DNA from: Campylobacterota bacterium
GTDB taxonomy: Bacteria; Campylobacterota; Campylobacteria; Campylobacterales; Sulfurovaceae
Length of the DNA stretch: 64,000 bases
NCBI GenBank assembly: GCA_003252535.1
Contig: QKDN01000046.1
Location: 27,183 to 91,182 of the forward strand
Direction: 5' to 3'
In this document: positions 48,413 to 58,565 of the stretch, piece after piece
How the letters are laid out: each line of letters opens with the position of its first letter
How positions within the stretch are numbered: the first letter of the stretch is position 1
Position numbers and translations under genes: made by a program
The notes under the pieces: generated by a model
Told to the model about the DNA's origin: nothing
Database searches by the model: none
The model's input: only the letters and a program-made list of their open reading frames with translations

Positions 48413-49711
48413 TTACTCCTCTATCCCCAGAAATTCCCTGACGACCTCGCGGTCGTCGAAGTGGTGCTTGACCCCTTTGATCTCCTGGTAGTCCTCGTCG
48501 CCTTTGCCGAGTATCAGGAGGACATCAGAGTCTGTGAGCTCGTTCAGGGCGAGGCGGATAGCCTCTCTCCTGTCGACGATCGCTCTGACATTCTCTTTGC
48601 CGCGCAGACCCATCAGTATCTCTTCGATGATGGTCTCGGGCTCTTCGTCGCGCGGGTTGTCGCTGGTGACATAGATACGCTTGGCGAATCTCCCTGCGAC
48701 CGCACCCATCCTCGGGCGTTTCTGGTGATCCCTGTTGCCCCCTGCGCCGAATACCACGGAGATATCCTTGTCCTTGAGCGAGTCGAGCACCTGGTACATC
48801 CCGTCGTCGGTGTGGGCGAAGTCGACGATCACGAGCGGATCGCGGCTGATCACCTCCATCCTCCCGGCTACGCCGCCGAAGTGCTCCACCTCGTCGCATA
48901 CCTCCTGGAGCGGTCTGCCGGTGAGCATGACGACCGAGCCGATCGCCGCCATGAGGTTGTAGACATTGAAGAGTCCCACCATCGGAGAGTAGAACGACGC
49001 CTCTTCCTTGATAGACTTGATCGCTGCGGTGATACCGTTTATCAGCGAGAACGCCTGTACCTTGTAGGTGGCGGGCTCGTCCACGCCGTAGCTCTGGGCG
49101 CCAATGGGGTTGTAGACGATATGTTTGATATCGTCCTTGTTGAGGAGCTTGGGAGCCTCATCGGCGAAGAAGAGACTCTTGACCCGTCTGTACTCCTCGA
49201 CGCTGCCGTGGTAGTCGAGGTGGTCGCTGGTGACATTGGTGTGCACCTTGAGGGCGAATGTGATCCCTTCGATACGCTGTTGGTCGATGGCGTGGGAGCT
49301 CACCTCCATGATGAAGTGGTCGCAGTTGCGATCGAGCGCCATCTTCATATGGCTCAGCGTCTCGAAGATCGAAGGGGTGGTCATCGCCTTCTCCTCGAGC
49401 CTCTCTTCCGCGGCGAAGAATCCCCGTGTCCCCTGTAATGCCGGTCTGTATCCCAGGTCGAGGAGCAGCGAGTAGATCGCAGCGGTGACGCTGGTCTTGC
49501 CGTTGGTGCCGGTGACGCCGACGGCTTTGAGGCTGTCGAGCTCCCACAGCTCTATCAGTTCGTCCGGGGTGATGTAGGCAGGTTTCGGATCAAGCTTGTC
49601 GAAGTATCTGGTGTTCTGTGCTGTTTTGAGGAAGAGGACACCTTCGGCGAGCCTGCCCGTATCGTCGGTGAGGGATGTGAATCCCTCCTTTCTGTCGAAC
49701 GGCGCTATCAC
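48413..49711 (-). CDS. murE: UDP-N-acetylmuramoyl-tripeptide synthetase (Mur ligase, MurE-type)
   Basis: 432 aa; GTNGKT P-loop, DNPR motif characteristic of MurE. Confidence 0.8.
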   Translation of the reverse strand: MIAPFDRKEGFTSLTDDTGRLAEGVLFLKTAQNTRYFDKLDPKPAYITPDELIELWELDSLKAVGVTGTNGKTSVTAAIYSLLLDLGYRPALQGTRGFFAAEERLEEKAMTTPSIFETLSHMKMALDRNCDHFIMEVSSHAIDQQRIEGITFALKVHTNVTSDHLDYHGSVEEYRRVKSLFFADEAPKLLNKDDIKHIVYNPIGAQSYGVDEPATYKVQAFSLINGITAAIKSIKEEASFYSPMVGLFNVYNLMAAIGSVVMLTGRPLQEVCDEVEHFGGVAGRMEVISRDPLVIVDFAHTDDGMYQVLDSLKDKDISVVFGAGGNRDHQKRPRMGAVAGRFAKRIYVTSDNPRDEEPETIIEEILMGLRGKENVRAIVDRREAIRLALNELTDSDVLLILGKGDEDYQEIKGVKHHFDDREVVREFLGIEE

Positions 49712-50286
49712 TTTTTGCTGCCGGTGGCGATATTGTAAAGCTCGTAGATATCCTGGTCGTCGCCGAACGAACCTGCGGCTGCATCGAGGTAGTGGAGCGC
49801 CATCTCGTCGAACCCTTCGGTGGCGAGGTGTCTGACGAAGTCGATGAACTCGCTTTTTTCGGTGATGATCACTTTGGTGGAGAACATGATGTCCTCAAAC
49901 GCTTTCTTGAAGTCGCCCCTGTCGTCGACGAGCTGCATGAAGTCCTCGTAGCGGATACCGTCCTCGTAGTCGACCTGCTCTTTGAGGGGATCGACGAGGA
50001 GGTCCTGGAGTGAGTTCTTTGACTCTTCGAGGGTGGTGATGATATTGTTGATGATCTTGTAAGCGTCCTCTTTTTCGTCTTTGATCACCTGGTAGTAATC
50101 ATAGAGCGCCTGCGCCTCTTCGGCATTCTCGCTCCCAAAATCGCTCAAAAGTACACCCACCTTCGACTCTTCGTGCCCGGGGGAGCTTGCCAGTACCAAA
50201 GCGTAGCTCTGGAGCGCCTGGTCGAAATCACCCGCGGCAAACTGTTTTTCTGCTCTTTTGATTAGATTGTTTATATTGATATTCAT
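49708..50286 (-). CDS. hypothetical protein
   Basis: Start at MNININNLIKRAEKQ; helical. Confidence 0.45.
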   Translation of the reverse strand: MNININNLIKRAEKQFAAGDFDQALQSYALVLASSPGHEESKVGVLLSDFGSENAEEAQALYDYYQVIKDEKEDAYKIINNIITTLEESKNSLQDLLVDPLKEQVDYEDGIRYEDFMQLVDDRGDFKKAFEDIMFSTKVIITEKSEFIDFVRHLATEGFDEMALHYLDAAAGSFGDDQDIYELYNIATGSKK

Positions 50287-50567
50287 TATTTTCCCAATTG
50301 ATCTAGTTTGTCTTCCCATCCAAAAGGTACGTTCACTACTACTATCTCAGGATGAATCAATGCTTTCATCTGCCTCTCTACGCCGAACTTGAGCGTCGTG
50401 CCGCTGCTTGCGCATCCGACACACGCCCCTTTGAGCTGTACATAGACCACGGCGTCTTTGATGGCGATCAGCTCTATATCTCCGCCGTCAAGCTTGATAG
50501 AAGGGCGTACCTTGGCTATCACGTTCTCTACGGCAGGTCTTAACTCTTCATCGGTAAATTGTACCAA
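50286..50567 (-). CDS. NifU-like Fe-S cluster protein (Nfu C-terminal domain)
   Basis: 93 aa, CxxC (GACVGCASSG) motif. Confidence 0.7.
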   Translation of the reverse strand: MVQFTDEELRPAVENVIAKVRPSIKLDGGDIELIAIKDAVVYVQLKGACVGCASSGTTLKFGVERQMKALIHPEIVVVNVPFGWEDKLDQLGK

Positions 50568-50683
50568 TTTTATACCCCTTATAGATGATAAATTGTTTTA
50601 TTATAACAGATAATCCTGTAATATGCAACAATCGGCGCCCGGGCGCTCTGTTCTCTGGTTTATACAGAAAACAGCCTGATTTG

Positions 50684-52483
50684 TCAAGGGATATCGTCCC
50701 TCTGTCGCAAAGTACCGAGCAAATCGAGGAATTTTTCACCATATTTCTCATATTTCTGCTCGCCGATACCGTAGATTTCCAGCATCTCTTCCCTGCTGGC
50801 GGGAAGGGCGGAGACGAGATCGCGGAGGGTCTTGTCGGAAAAGACGAGGTAGGGCGGGATATCCTCGTCGATGGCGATCTCCCGGCGCAGCGCCCGGAGT
50901 GCGTTGAAGAGCTGTTCATCGGCAGAGTCGGTGAAGATGTCGGCTTTGGCATACTCCCTTTTGGTCTTGAGCCTGTCGCTGTCGAGGTCGATCGTGGCCA
51001 GCCCCTTGAGGATATCTGCCCCCTGCTGTGTGAGGCGGTAGACCTTGTATTCGTTGATCTCGAGGGCTTTGAGCTCGAGGAGGCGGTTGGCGACGGTGAG
51101 CCACTGCGCCCGGCTGAACTCCCGGCCGATACCGTAGACCGAGAGTTTGTCATGGGCGTTCTCAAGCACCCTCGCAGCCTGTGATCCCAGCAGGATATCG
51201 ACGATGTAGTGCATACCGAACTTCTGCTCGGTGCGCATGATCGAGGAGAGGAGCTTCCGGGCGGGGGTGGTGATGTCGACGCTTACTGCCGGGGGATTGA
51301 GGCAATTGTCGCATTTGTCCCTGCACTCCTCTATAGTGTCCCCGAAGTAGTCGGCGATGCTCCGGTGGCGGCATACCGACGAATCTATAAAGGAGGTGAA
51401 CTTCTCGATCTTGGCATAGGCGTAGGTCTTATACGGAGTTTCGGGGAGGTCGTCGATAAATCGCTTCTGGAGCAGGGTATCGTGCACCGAGTCGAGCAGC
51501 AGTGATTTGGCCTCGAGCCCGTCTCGCCCGGCACGCCCGATCTCCTGGTAGAAGCTCTCGACGGTCTTGGGGCGGTGCATGTGGACGACGAAGCGGATAT
51601 TGCTCTTGTCTATCCCCATCCCGAAGGCGATCGTAGCGACGACGATATCGATACGGTCGGAGATGAAGTCGTCGTAGGTCTTTTTCTTGGTCTCAGGGCT
51701 GAGTCCCGCGTGGTAGGGTTTGGCCCTGTATCCTTTGGATTCGAGGAAGAGGGCGATCGTCTCGGTGGAGCGGCGGGAGAGGGTATAGACGATCCCGGGC
51801 TGTCCCCTGTGGGCGCCGAGGAAGCTCAGCAACTGTTCTTTCCCCTCCTTGACTCGGTGCTCTATATGGATGGTGAGGTTGGGACGGAAGATCGTCCCCT
51901 GGATGGTGTTGGGCTCCCGCAGACCCAGCTGCGAGATGATATCGTCCCGTACCTGCCCGGTGGCGGTGGCTGTGAAAGCGGCGATAGAGACATCGGGGAA
52001 GAGGCGCCGCAGCAGGGAGAGCTCCCTGTAGTTCTCACGGAACTCATGCCCCCATTCGCTCAGGCAGTGGGCTTCGTCGATCACGAAGAAGTTGATCCTG
52101 ACACGGTGGAGCAGGGAGATGAAATACTCGCTCGCAAACCTCTCGGGGGCGACGAAGAGGAGCTTGATCTTCCCCGAGGTGAGGTCGTTGATGATCGTCT
52201 GGGACTCCTCCATATCCTGCATCGAGCTGAGCATGGCCGCAGGGATACCGTAGGAGTGGAGCGCGGCGACCTGGTCGTGCATCAGGGCGAGCAGCGGGGA
52301 GATCACGACAGTCACCCCATCCATCAGCAGGGAGGGGAGCTGGTAGCACAGCGATTTACCCCCTCCTGTGGGGAGGATCATCAGAAGGTCCTTCCCCTCG
52401 AGGATCGTGTCGATCGCCTCGCCCTGGAGGGGACGAAACTCATCATAGCCGAAGTATTTTTTGAGCAGTTTTTCTTTTTTCAT
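50684..52483 (-). CDS. recQ: ATP-dependent DNA helicase RecQ
   Basis: 599 aa; DEAD/helicase motifs, RQC and HRDC regions. Confidence 0.88.
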   Translation of the reverse strand: MKKEKLLKKYFGYDEFRPLQGEAIDTILEGKDLLMILPTGGGKSLCYQLPSLLMDGVTVVISPLLALMHDQVAALHSYGIPAAMLSSMQDMEESQTIINDLTSGKIKLLFVAPERFASEYFISLLHRVRINFFVIDEAHCLSEWGHEFRENYRELSLLRRLFPDVSIAAFTATATGQVRDDIISQLGLREPNTIQGTIFRPNLTIHIEHRVKEGKEQLLSFLGAHRGQPGIVYTLSRRSTETIALFLESKGYRAKPYHAGLSPETKKKTYDDFISDRIDIVVATIAFGMGIDKSNIRFVVHMHRPKTVESFYQEIGRAGRDGLEAKSLLLDSVHDTLLQKRFIDDLPETPYKTYAYAKIEKFTSFIDSSVCRHRSIADYFGDTIEECRDKCDNCLNPPAVSVDITTPARKLLSSIMRTEQKFGMHYIVDILLGSQAARVLENAHDKLSVYGIGREFSRAQWLTVANRLLELKALEINEYKVYRLTQQGADILKGLATIDLDSDRLKTKREYAKADIFTDSADEQLFNALRALRREIAIDEDIPPYLVFSDKTLRDLVSALPASREEMLEIYGIGEQKYEKYGEKFLDLLGTLRQRDDIP

Positions 52484-52640
52484 AGCTGCAATAGTAGCAC
52501 CGTGTTTTTAAAAAAGTCAAATTATATTTCAAATTGTAATATCTTATCAATTTTTTAATCAAAATATTTTATGAACCAATTCATATAAATTTTATATTCT
52601 TTTTATATACTTACAGGTCAAATCAAAAAACAAAAGGACA

Positions 52641-53336
52641 ATGAATATGGCTCTATATGACAGAGATTATACTCAGAACGAATCGGTTTCTTATGTTCAG
52701 GAAGGTGCCAGCGTCGCCTTCATGAAGAGGACATACCAGCTGTTAGGCGCGAGCATGATCGCTGCCGCAGCAGGTGCGTATGCCACTATGCCTTACGCTC
52801 AGACTGTACTTGAGTACAAATGGTTCATCTTCGGCTTCGAGCTTTTCATGCTCTTCGTCGGTCTTGGAATGACAAGAAACAAACCGGGTCTCAACCTCGC
52901 GGCACTTTTTGTCTTTACCTTCACTACCGGTGTATCGCTTGTACCTCTTTTGGCAAGACTCATCGGTGCGGGCAACGGCGGCGTGATCGGTAATGCGTTC
53001 CTGATGACCGCAGTACTTTTCGGCGCCCTCAGCCTCTTCGCTATCAACAGCAGAAGCGACTTCTCAAGCTGGGGCAAACCGCTCTTTATCACCCTTATCG
53101 TGATCATCGTTGCTTCACTGGTCAATATGTTCATCCTTCAGAGTCCGATGATGCATGTGATCATTACGGCAGGCGTATTGCTCCTCTTCAGTCTCTTCAC
53201 GATCTACGATACGCAGAATATCGCCAACGGTGCGTACGATTCAGAAGTCGATGCGGCAGTATCGCTCTATCTTGACTTTCTTAATATGTTCACTTCGATC
53301 CTCCAGCTTCTTGGAATCTTCGGCAATGACGATTGA
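52641..53336 (+). CDS. Bax inhibitor-1/YccA family membrane protein
   Basis: 231 aa, 7 TM, conserved BI-1 C-terminal pattern. Confidence 0.8.
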   Translation: MNMALYDRDYTQNESVSYVQEGASVAFMKRTYQLLGASMIAAAAGAYATMPYAQTVLEYKWFIFGFELFMLFVGLGMTRNKPGLNLAALFVFTFTTGVSLVPLLARLIGAGNGGVIGNAFLMTAVLFGALSLFAINSRSDFSSWGKPLFITLIVIIVASLVNMFILQSPMMHVIITAGVLLLFSLFTIYDTQNIANGAYDSEVDAAVSLYLDFLNMFTSILQLLGIFGNDD

Positions 53337-53742
53337 TCATGCCAATGACGGTTTGGAGCGGCTCATCGATGCCAATCTGAACCGCCTTGGCGAAGGGATA
53401 CGCGTCATCGAGGATGTATGCAGATACATCTACGATGATACGACCCTCACCCCCCGTCTCAAGTCCATCCGCCACGATCTCCAAAAAGCCCACGATCCCA
53501 GACGACTCATCCACAGAGATATCCAGAACGATATCCTCAAATCATCCACCCCAAGCGAACTCCAGAGAACATCCCTCACCGATATGATGCTCGCGAACTT
53601 CTCCCGTGCAGAGGAATCAGCCAGAGTGCTCGAAGAGAGCTTCAAACTCATCGATGTTGGGCTTGCAGAACTCTTCAAACATATCCGCTATGAGCTCTAT
53701 GACCTCGAGAAGATTTTTTTTGAGGCGCATACTCCTCGCTAA
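53326..53742 (+). CDS. hypothetical protein
   Basis: Start at MTIDHANDG; 138 aa. Confidence 0.4.
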   Translation: MTIDHANDGLERLIDANLNRLGEGIRVIEDVCRYIYDDTTLTPRLKSIRHDLQKAHDPRRLIHRDIQNDILKSSTPSELQRTSLTDMMLANFSRAEESARVLEESFKLIDVGLAELFKHIRYELYDLEKIFFEAHTPR

Positions 53743-53873
53743 GAAAATCATATCAAGGCTACTTTATCGAAGTATTGATTTTGGATTTTTTTTAGTTATA
53801 ATCTACCTGTTTTAAATAGTACCTATTCCTGATTCTCGAGGCGGATTTCAATGATTTTTTTCATAGAGTATGC

Positions 53874-54953
53874 ATGTTAGAAAAACTGATGGCGTTCATT
53901 GAGCATAAAGGTATGCTTCAAGAAAAACATCCGCTTCGTTATCTTCTCTGGGAACCTACTTTGCGTTGCAATCTGGAGTGTCTCCATTGCAGCAATGAAT
54001 GCACCACTGAAAATACCTCAAGACTCAATGAACTGACTACAGAAGAGATCAAGAATGAACTCTCTTCGATAGCGATGCACTATGATCCCAAAGAGATCAC
54101 CTTCGTCGTCACGGGGGGAGAACCTCTGATGCGTCACGACCTGACCGAAGTGGGTGCGTTCGCCAGCTCTCTCGGCTACCAATGGAGTATCACCACCAAT
54201 GGTCTGCTGCTCAATAAAAATACTATCCGATCGTTAAAAGAAGCACATCTCGGGAGTATAGCCGTCAGTCTCGACGGGATAGAAGAGCATCACGACAAGC
54301 TCAGAAACTCTCAGGGAGCCTACCGTCGCACCGTAGAGAACATTCGCAGATTCCTTGCATCAGATAACCCTGCCACATTGAGTATACTGTGCTGTGTGAG
54401 CAGTATCAATGTCCATCATTTGGGAGAATTTGTCAAAGAATTGATGGATATTGGGGTCAGGAGAGTGCGCTTTGGCCCCATATATGGAGCTGGTAGAGCC
54501 CAGGGCGAGTTGATGCTCAGTGATGAAGAGCTGTTAAAACTCCTCGTTTTTATCAGGGAGGAGCGGGTCCGTCAGCGTAACAGAATCGATATTTCACTCA
54601 GCGATGACGGTTACTATGGCGCGGAGTTTGAGTGTCATGTGCGGAGAAATCTTCATTACTGCGGTGCAGGTATAGAGTGGGGAGCGATACTCTATGACGG
54701 ATGTGTGTCGGGATCGACCAACATATCGAGGAAATATAACGAAGGAAATATAAGAAATGACTCTTTCGTAGATATCTGGGAGAACAGATTTGACCGTTAC
54801 CGCAGAGGAAGGGAAACTCTTTTCGCCCCTTATTGTGCAGATTGTGAGGAGTGGATACTGTGTGAAGGTGGAGGGTTTCATCTATTGGATCAATATCTAA
54901 ATGGAACGCAGGAATGTGGTTACAAAAAAATAAGGAGTGCATATGGAAGATAA
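53874..54953 (+). CDS. radical SAM enzyme with C-terminal SPASM/twitch domain
   Basis: 359 aa; CNLECLHC (Cx3Cx2C) near N-terminus; C-terminal Cys-rich region. Confidence 0.8.
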   Translation: MLEKLMAFIEHKGMLQEKHPLRYLLWEPTLRCNLECLHCSNECTTENTSRLNELTTEEIKNELSSIAMHYDPKEITFVVTGGEPLMRHDLTEVGAFASSLGYQWSITTNGLLLNKNTIRSLKEAHLGSIAVSLDGIEEHHDKLRNSQGAYRRTVENIRRFLASDNPATLSILCCVSSINVHHLGEFVKELMDIGVRRVRFGPIYGAGRAQGELMLSDEELLKLLVFIREERVRQRNRIDISLSDDGYYGAEFECHVRRNLHYCGAGIEWGAILYDGCVSGSTNISRKYNEGNIRNDSFVDIWENRFDRYRRGRETLFAPYCADCEEWILCEGGGFHLLDQYLNGTQECGYKKIRSAYGR

Positions 54954-55689
54954 AAAAGGTATGGATAGACGGGTATTTCTGGAGAAATTCGCGAAGATCA
55001 GCACGGCGGCGATCACCATAGGGGTATGTACAGCGTGTCCGGGGACACCTCCAGATTATTTTGGTGTCTTTATCGATGTGTACGATATTGACGGGAGAAG
55101 CTATCTTGATTGGGAAATTACACAGCTTCCTAAACAGCCCAAATTTGTTTTGAGATTTTCACATCCCGTCCTTCCGGATGTAGAAAAACTGGTGGATATT
55201 GCCGATGCAAATTCCAATACGATACCATGTCAAAAATCCTGGCAGAATGAGAGTGATCTGGAGATCACATTCCCCGATGATCCACTCAACTATGGCAGTC
55301 GCTATATACTCAATATCTCCGATGATATCAAGGATAAGAACGGTATGACGATAGACGGATACCTACAACACTATATCTTTGATATCACACATATCAAGCT
55401 TTCAAGCGAAACGATTACCTTGGCTCCCAATGAAGAGGTGAAGGTTGAGATTGAAGCGTTGTATATCGATGATATGATACTTGTCGAGTACGACGGAGTC
55501 TTCGTAGAAAAGCTCTCCAATGATTATTATGAAGAAAATGGCGAAGCCGATGTGACCGTAGAGGGGCAAACAGTGATCGTAAAAGGGCTTAAAGAAGGAA
55601 AAATGATGTTCGGTGTATATATCCTCTATAACGGCAATGAGAACAAACCAAAGACATATCAGACACAAATGTATGTCGAGATTTCCTAG
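54937..55689 (+). CDS. Tat-signal exported protein
   Basis: 250 aa; DRRVFLEKF twin-arginine motif, Cys pair CTACPG after signal; overlaps rSAM gene end. Confidence 0.5.
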   Translation: MHMEDKKGMDRRVFLEKFAKISTAAITIGVCTACPGTPPDYFGVFIDVYDIDGRSYLDWEITQLPKQPKFVLRFSHPVLPDVEKLVDIADANSNTIPCQKSWQNESDLEITFPDDPLNYGSRYILNISDDIKDKNGMTIDGYLQHYIFDITHIKLSSETITLAPNEEVKVEIEALYIDDMILVEYDGVFVEKLSNDYYEENGEADVTVEGQTVIVKGLKEGKMMFGVYILYNGNENKPKTYQTQMYVEIS

Positions 55690-55884
55690 AACACTGGTTC
55701 GTCTCGATCGTCCCCGATGTGTGCACGGGGGTTGTTCGCTTGTATAGGAACCGAAAGCTTTAGCTTCGCCTTTTCTGATGGGTAGAACAGCCGTTTTTGT
55801 CCTATAGTGGTTTCTCCACAAACATCATATACCAAATTAAGACTAAATTTAATACAATTGGACAATAAAACAAAAGGGAGTATC

Positions 55885-56157
55885 ATGCATCTGAGTCAGG
55901 ATATCAAGCCCATTTCCTATCTGAAAGCAAAAACGGCAGAAGCGGTGAGCAGGGTGACAGATACCCAGCGCGCGATGATCATCACGCAAAACGGTGAAGC
56001 CAAGGCGGTGATACAGGATATAAGGAGCTATGAAGAGCTGCAAAACAATCTTGCGATGTTAAAGATGATCATCAAAAGCGAACGGCAGATACGCGAGGGG
56101 AAGGTCACCGCACAGGAAGATGTGTTTGAAAAAATGGAAAAAAAATACTTCGGCTAA
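55885..56157 (+). CDS. type II antitoxin, Phd/YefM family
   Basis: 90 aa from MHLSQDIKPISYLKAKTAEAV; 3-nt gap to toxin gene. Confidence 0.7.
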   Translation: MHLSQDIKPISYLKAKTAEAVSRVTDTQRAMIITQNGEAKAVIQDIRSYEELQNNLAMLKMIIKSERQIREGKVTAQEDVFEKMEKKYFG

Positions 56158-56160
56158 TCG

Positions 56161-56499
56161 ATGCAGACATATACGGTACTCTGGACGGACGACGCTCTCA
56201 AAGATTTTGACCGTATCATCGGGCATATCTCCAATGAGAACAGAACCAATGCCGCAAATATCTATCAGGAGATGAAAAATCAGGCTATATCACTGGAACA
56301 GTTCCCGCTGAGAGGAAGGGTAGTACCTGAGCTGGAGGCATTGGGTTTTACCCATTATAGAGAACTTCTCTTCAAGCGATGGCGTATCATCTATACAGTA
56401 GACGGAACGACAGTGTATATATTGCTGTTATTGGATGGCAGGCAAAATCTCGAGGATCAACTGATCTACAAGATATTGCATAGCGGTCAGATGGAATAG
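56161..56499 (+). CDS. type II toxin, ParE/RelE family
   Basis: 112 aa; ParE-like pattern (FPLRGRVVPEL...WRIIY). Confidence 0.7.
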   Translation: MQTYTVLWTDDALKDFDRIIGHISNENRTNAANIYQEMKNQAISLEQFPLRGRVVPELEALGFTHYRELLFKRWRIIYTVDGTTVYILLLLDGRQNLEDQLIYKILHSGQME

Positions 56500-56566
56500 T
56501 GAGACAGATTTTTTCTTTCCAACATATTGTGCTACAATTACCGATACCAGTTGCGAGGAGCATACG

Positions 56567-57589
56567 ATGTTTGGGATCAAGTATATCAAAGTACCGCCGA
56601 CAAGCTACCTGATCAGGTACAGCGGGGGTGAGATCACGAAGGAGGGGGCGGGAGGTTCATTCTTCTACTACGCCCCGATGACCACGCTGGTCTCCATACC
56701 GATCGGTTCGGTCGATATCCCCTTTATCTTCGAGGAGGTAACGGCAGATTTCCAGAGCGTGACGATACAGGGGCAGATCGCCTACAAGATCAGGGATGCC
56801 AAGAGCATCTCGAAGCTCCTCGACTTCTCGATCGACTCATACAAACATACCTACCAGTCCGACGACCCGCAGAAGCTCTCGCAGCGTATCGTCAACCAGG
56901 TGCAGGTCGTGACCAAGAAAGAGATACAGAAGCTCTCCCTCCAGAGCGCCCTTGTCTCGCTCGATGAGATCGTCGAGAAGATCACGCAGGCGATGGAGCA
57001 CCTCAAAGAGTTCGAAGCGCTGGGTATCGAAGTACTGAGCTTCTCCCTGCTGGCGATCCGTCCGACACCCGAAACCGCGCGGGCACTCGAAGCGAAGGTG
57101 AGAGAGGTGATCCTCAAGGAGGCCGACGAAGCCCTCTACGCCAGACGCAACGCCGCCATCGAACAGGAGCGGGCCATCAAAGAGAACGAGCTCAATACCG
57201 AGATAGCCGTCGAGGAGAAGAAGCGCCAGATACAGGAGACGCAGATGGAGGCCAAAAAAGCGGTCGCCCAGAAAGAGCATGAGCTCCAGACACTCCAGAT
57301 GGTCTCGATGATCGAGATCGAAACGCAGAACAACGAACTTGTCGATCTCCGCGTCGCGAACGCCAGGAAAGAGTCCGACGCCAAGGCCTATGCGCTCGAA
57401 GCGCTGATGAAAGCGGTCTCCCAGAGCGATCCGAAGATACTCCAGGCCATCACTGCATCAGGTATGAGCCCCGAACAGCTCATCGCCCATGCCTTCGGCG
57501 ATATCGCATCCAACTCCGAGAAGATCGGCCAGCTCAATATCACCCCCGACCTCCTCAAAGAGCTCCTTGACAAAGAGAGAAATTATTGA
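56567..57589 (+). CDS. SPFH/band-7 (flotillin-like) protein
   Basis: 340 aa; SPFH domain then long coiled-coil. Confidence 0.7.
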   Translation: MFGIKYIKVPPTSYLIRYSGGEITKEGAGGSFFYYAPMTTLVSIPIGSVDIPFIFEEVTADFQSVTIQGQIAYKIRDAKSISKLLDFSIDSYKHTYQSDDPQKLSQRIVNQVQVVTKKEIQKLSLQSALVSLDEIVEKITQAMEHLKEFEALGIEVLSFSLLAIRPTPETARALEAKVREVILKEADEALYARRNAAIEQERAIKENELNTEIAVEEKKRQIQETQMEAKKAVAQKEHELQTLQMVSMIEIETQNNELVDLRVANARKESDAKAYALEALMKAVSQSDPKILQAITASGMSPEQLIAHAFGDIASNSEKIGQLNITPDLLKELLDKERNY

Positions 57590-58554
57590 GAAACGAAGAG
57601 AAGAAGATCGTTCTCATCACCAGGAAGAGCCGCCTCGACGAGCTCATCTACCGCTTCAACACCCTCTCGCAAGCCCGCTTCTATGTCGAGCACCTCGGAG
57701 GGGATTTCCGGGACTATATCGACGAGCACAGGACATATGAAGAGGTGATCAGGCAGGCGGTGGCGATCCTCTCGTCGCTGGGGAGGGTCACGCAGCTCGA
57801 CCGCGCCTACCTCCCCAACTATATCTTCGGGCGGGACGATACGATCGTCGTCATCGGGCAGGACGGTCTGGTCGCCAATACCATCAAGTACCTCGATTCC
57901 CACCCCCTCATCGCGATCAACCCCGACCCAGCCAGATGGGACGGCAACCTCCTTCCATTCCTTGTCGATGACCTCGCCGAGATTATCCCGCAGGTGTGGT
58001 ACTCGCAGTGCAGCCGCCGCGATATCACCCTCGCCAAAGTCTCGCTCAATACCGGCGAGGAGCTTTACGGGGTTAATGATATCTTCATCGGCCCCCGCAC
58101 CCACCTCTCGCTCCGCTACAATATCTCCCATGGAGGAGCGAGCGAGAACCAGTCCTCGAGCGGTATCATCGTCTCGACCGGGCTGGGCTCCACTGGGTGG
58201 TTCCGCAGCCTGATGGTGGGGGCGCGGGGCGTGGCGCAGAGCTGGGAGAGGAGTTCGGGGGGAACTGTCACGATGACGGAGCCCCCGGAGCAGGGGAACG
58301 ACTACTCCTTCCCGTGGGATGCGAACTACCTCTACTTCACCGTCAGGGAGCCTTTCCCGAGCCAGTATTCACAGACCGACCTTCTCTTCGGGCGGATATC
58401 CCCCGACGCGCCGCTGACGATCAGCTCCTATATGCCTGAGAACGGGGTGATATTCAGCGACGGTATCGAGAAGGACTATATCAATTTCAATTCGGGTACC
58501 GTCGCCACGATAGGGGTGGCGCAGAAAAAAGGGTGCCTTGTGCTCGGTTCCTGA
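57586..58554 (+). CDS. divergent NAD-kinase-fold protein
   Basis: 322 aa; VVIGQDGLVANT in place of GGDGT, PLIAINP like NadK; overlaps band-7 gene stop. Confidence 0.4.
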   Translation: MRNEEKKIVLITRKSRLDELIYRFNTLSQARFYVEHLGGDFRDYIDEHRTYEEVIRQAVAILSSLGRVTQLDRAYLPNYIFGRDDTIVVIGQDGLVANTIKYLDSHPLIAINPDPARWDGNLLPFLVDDLAEIIPQVWYSQCSRRDITLAKVSLNTGEELYGVNDIFIGPRTHLSLRYNISHGGASENQSSSGIIVSTGLGSTGWFRSLMVGARGVAQSWERSSGGTVTMTEPPEQGNDYSFPWDANYLYFTVREPFPSQYSQTDLLFGRISPDAPLTISSYMPENGVIFSDGIEKDYINFNSGTVATIGVAQKKGCLVLGS

Positions 58555-58565
58555 TTTCTCTGATC

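Noticed and set aside
55690-55884. Possible tRNA or small RNA in the intergenic region before the antitoxin gene
   Set aside because: No cloverleaf, T-loop GTTCRANYC or acceptor pairing could be built by eye. It is probably the promoter region of the TA pair. I could not run tRNAscan.
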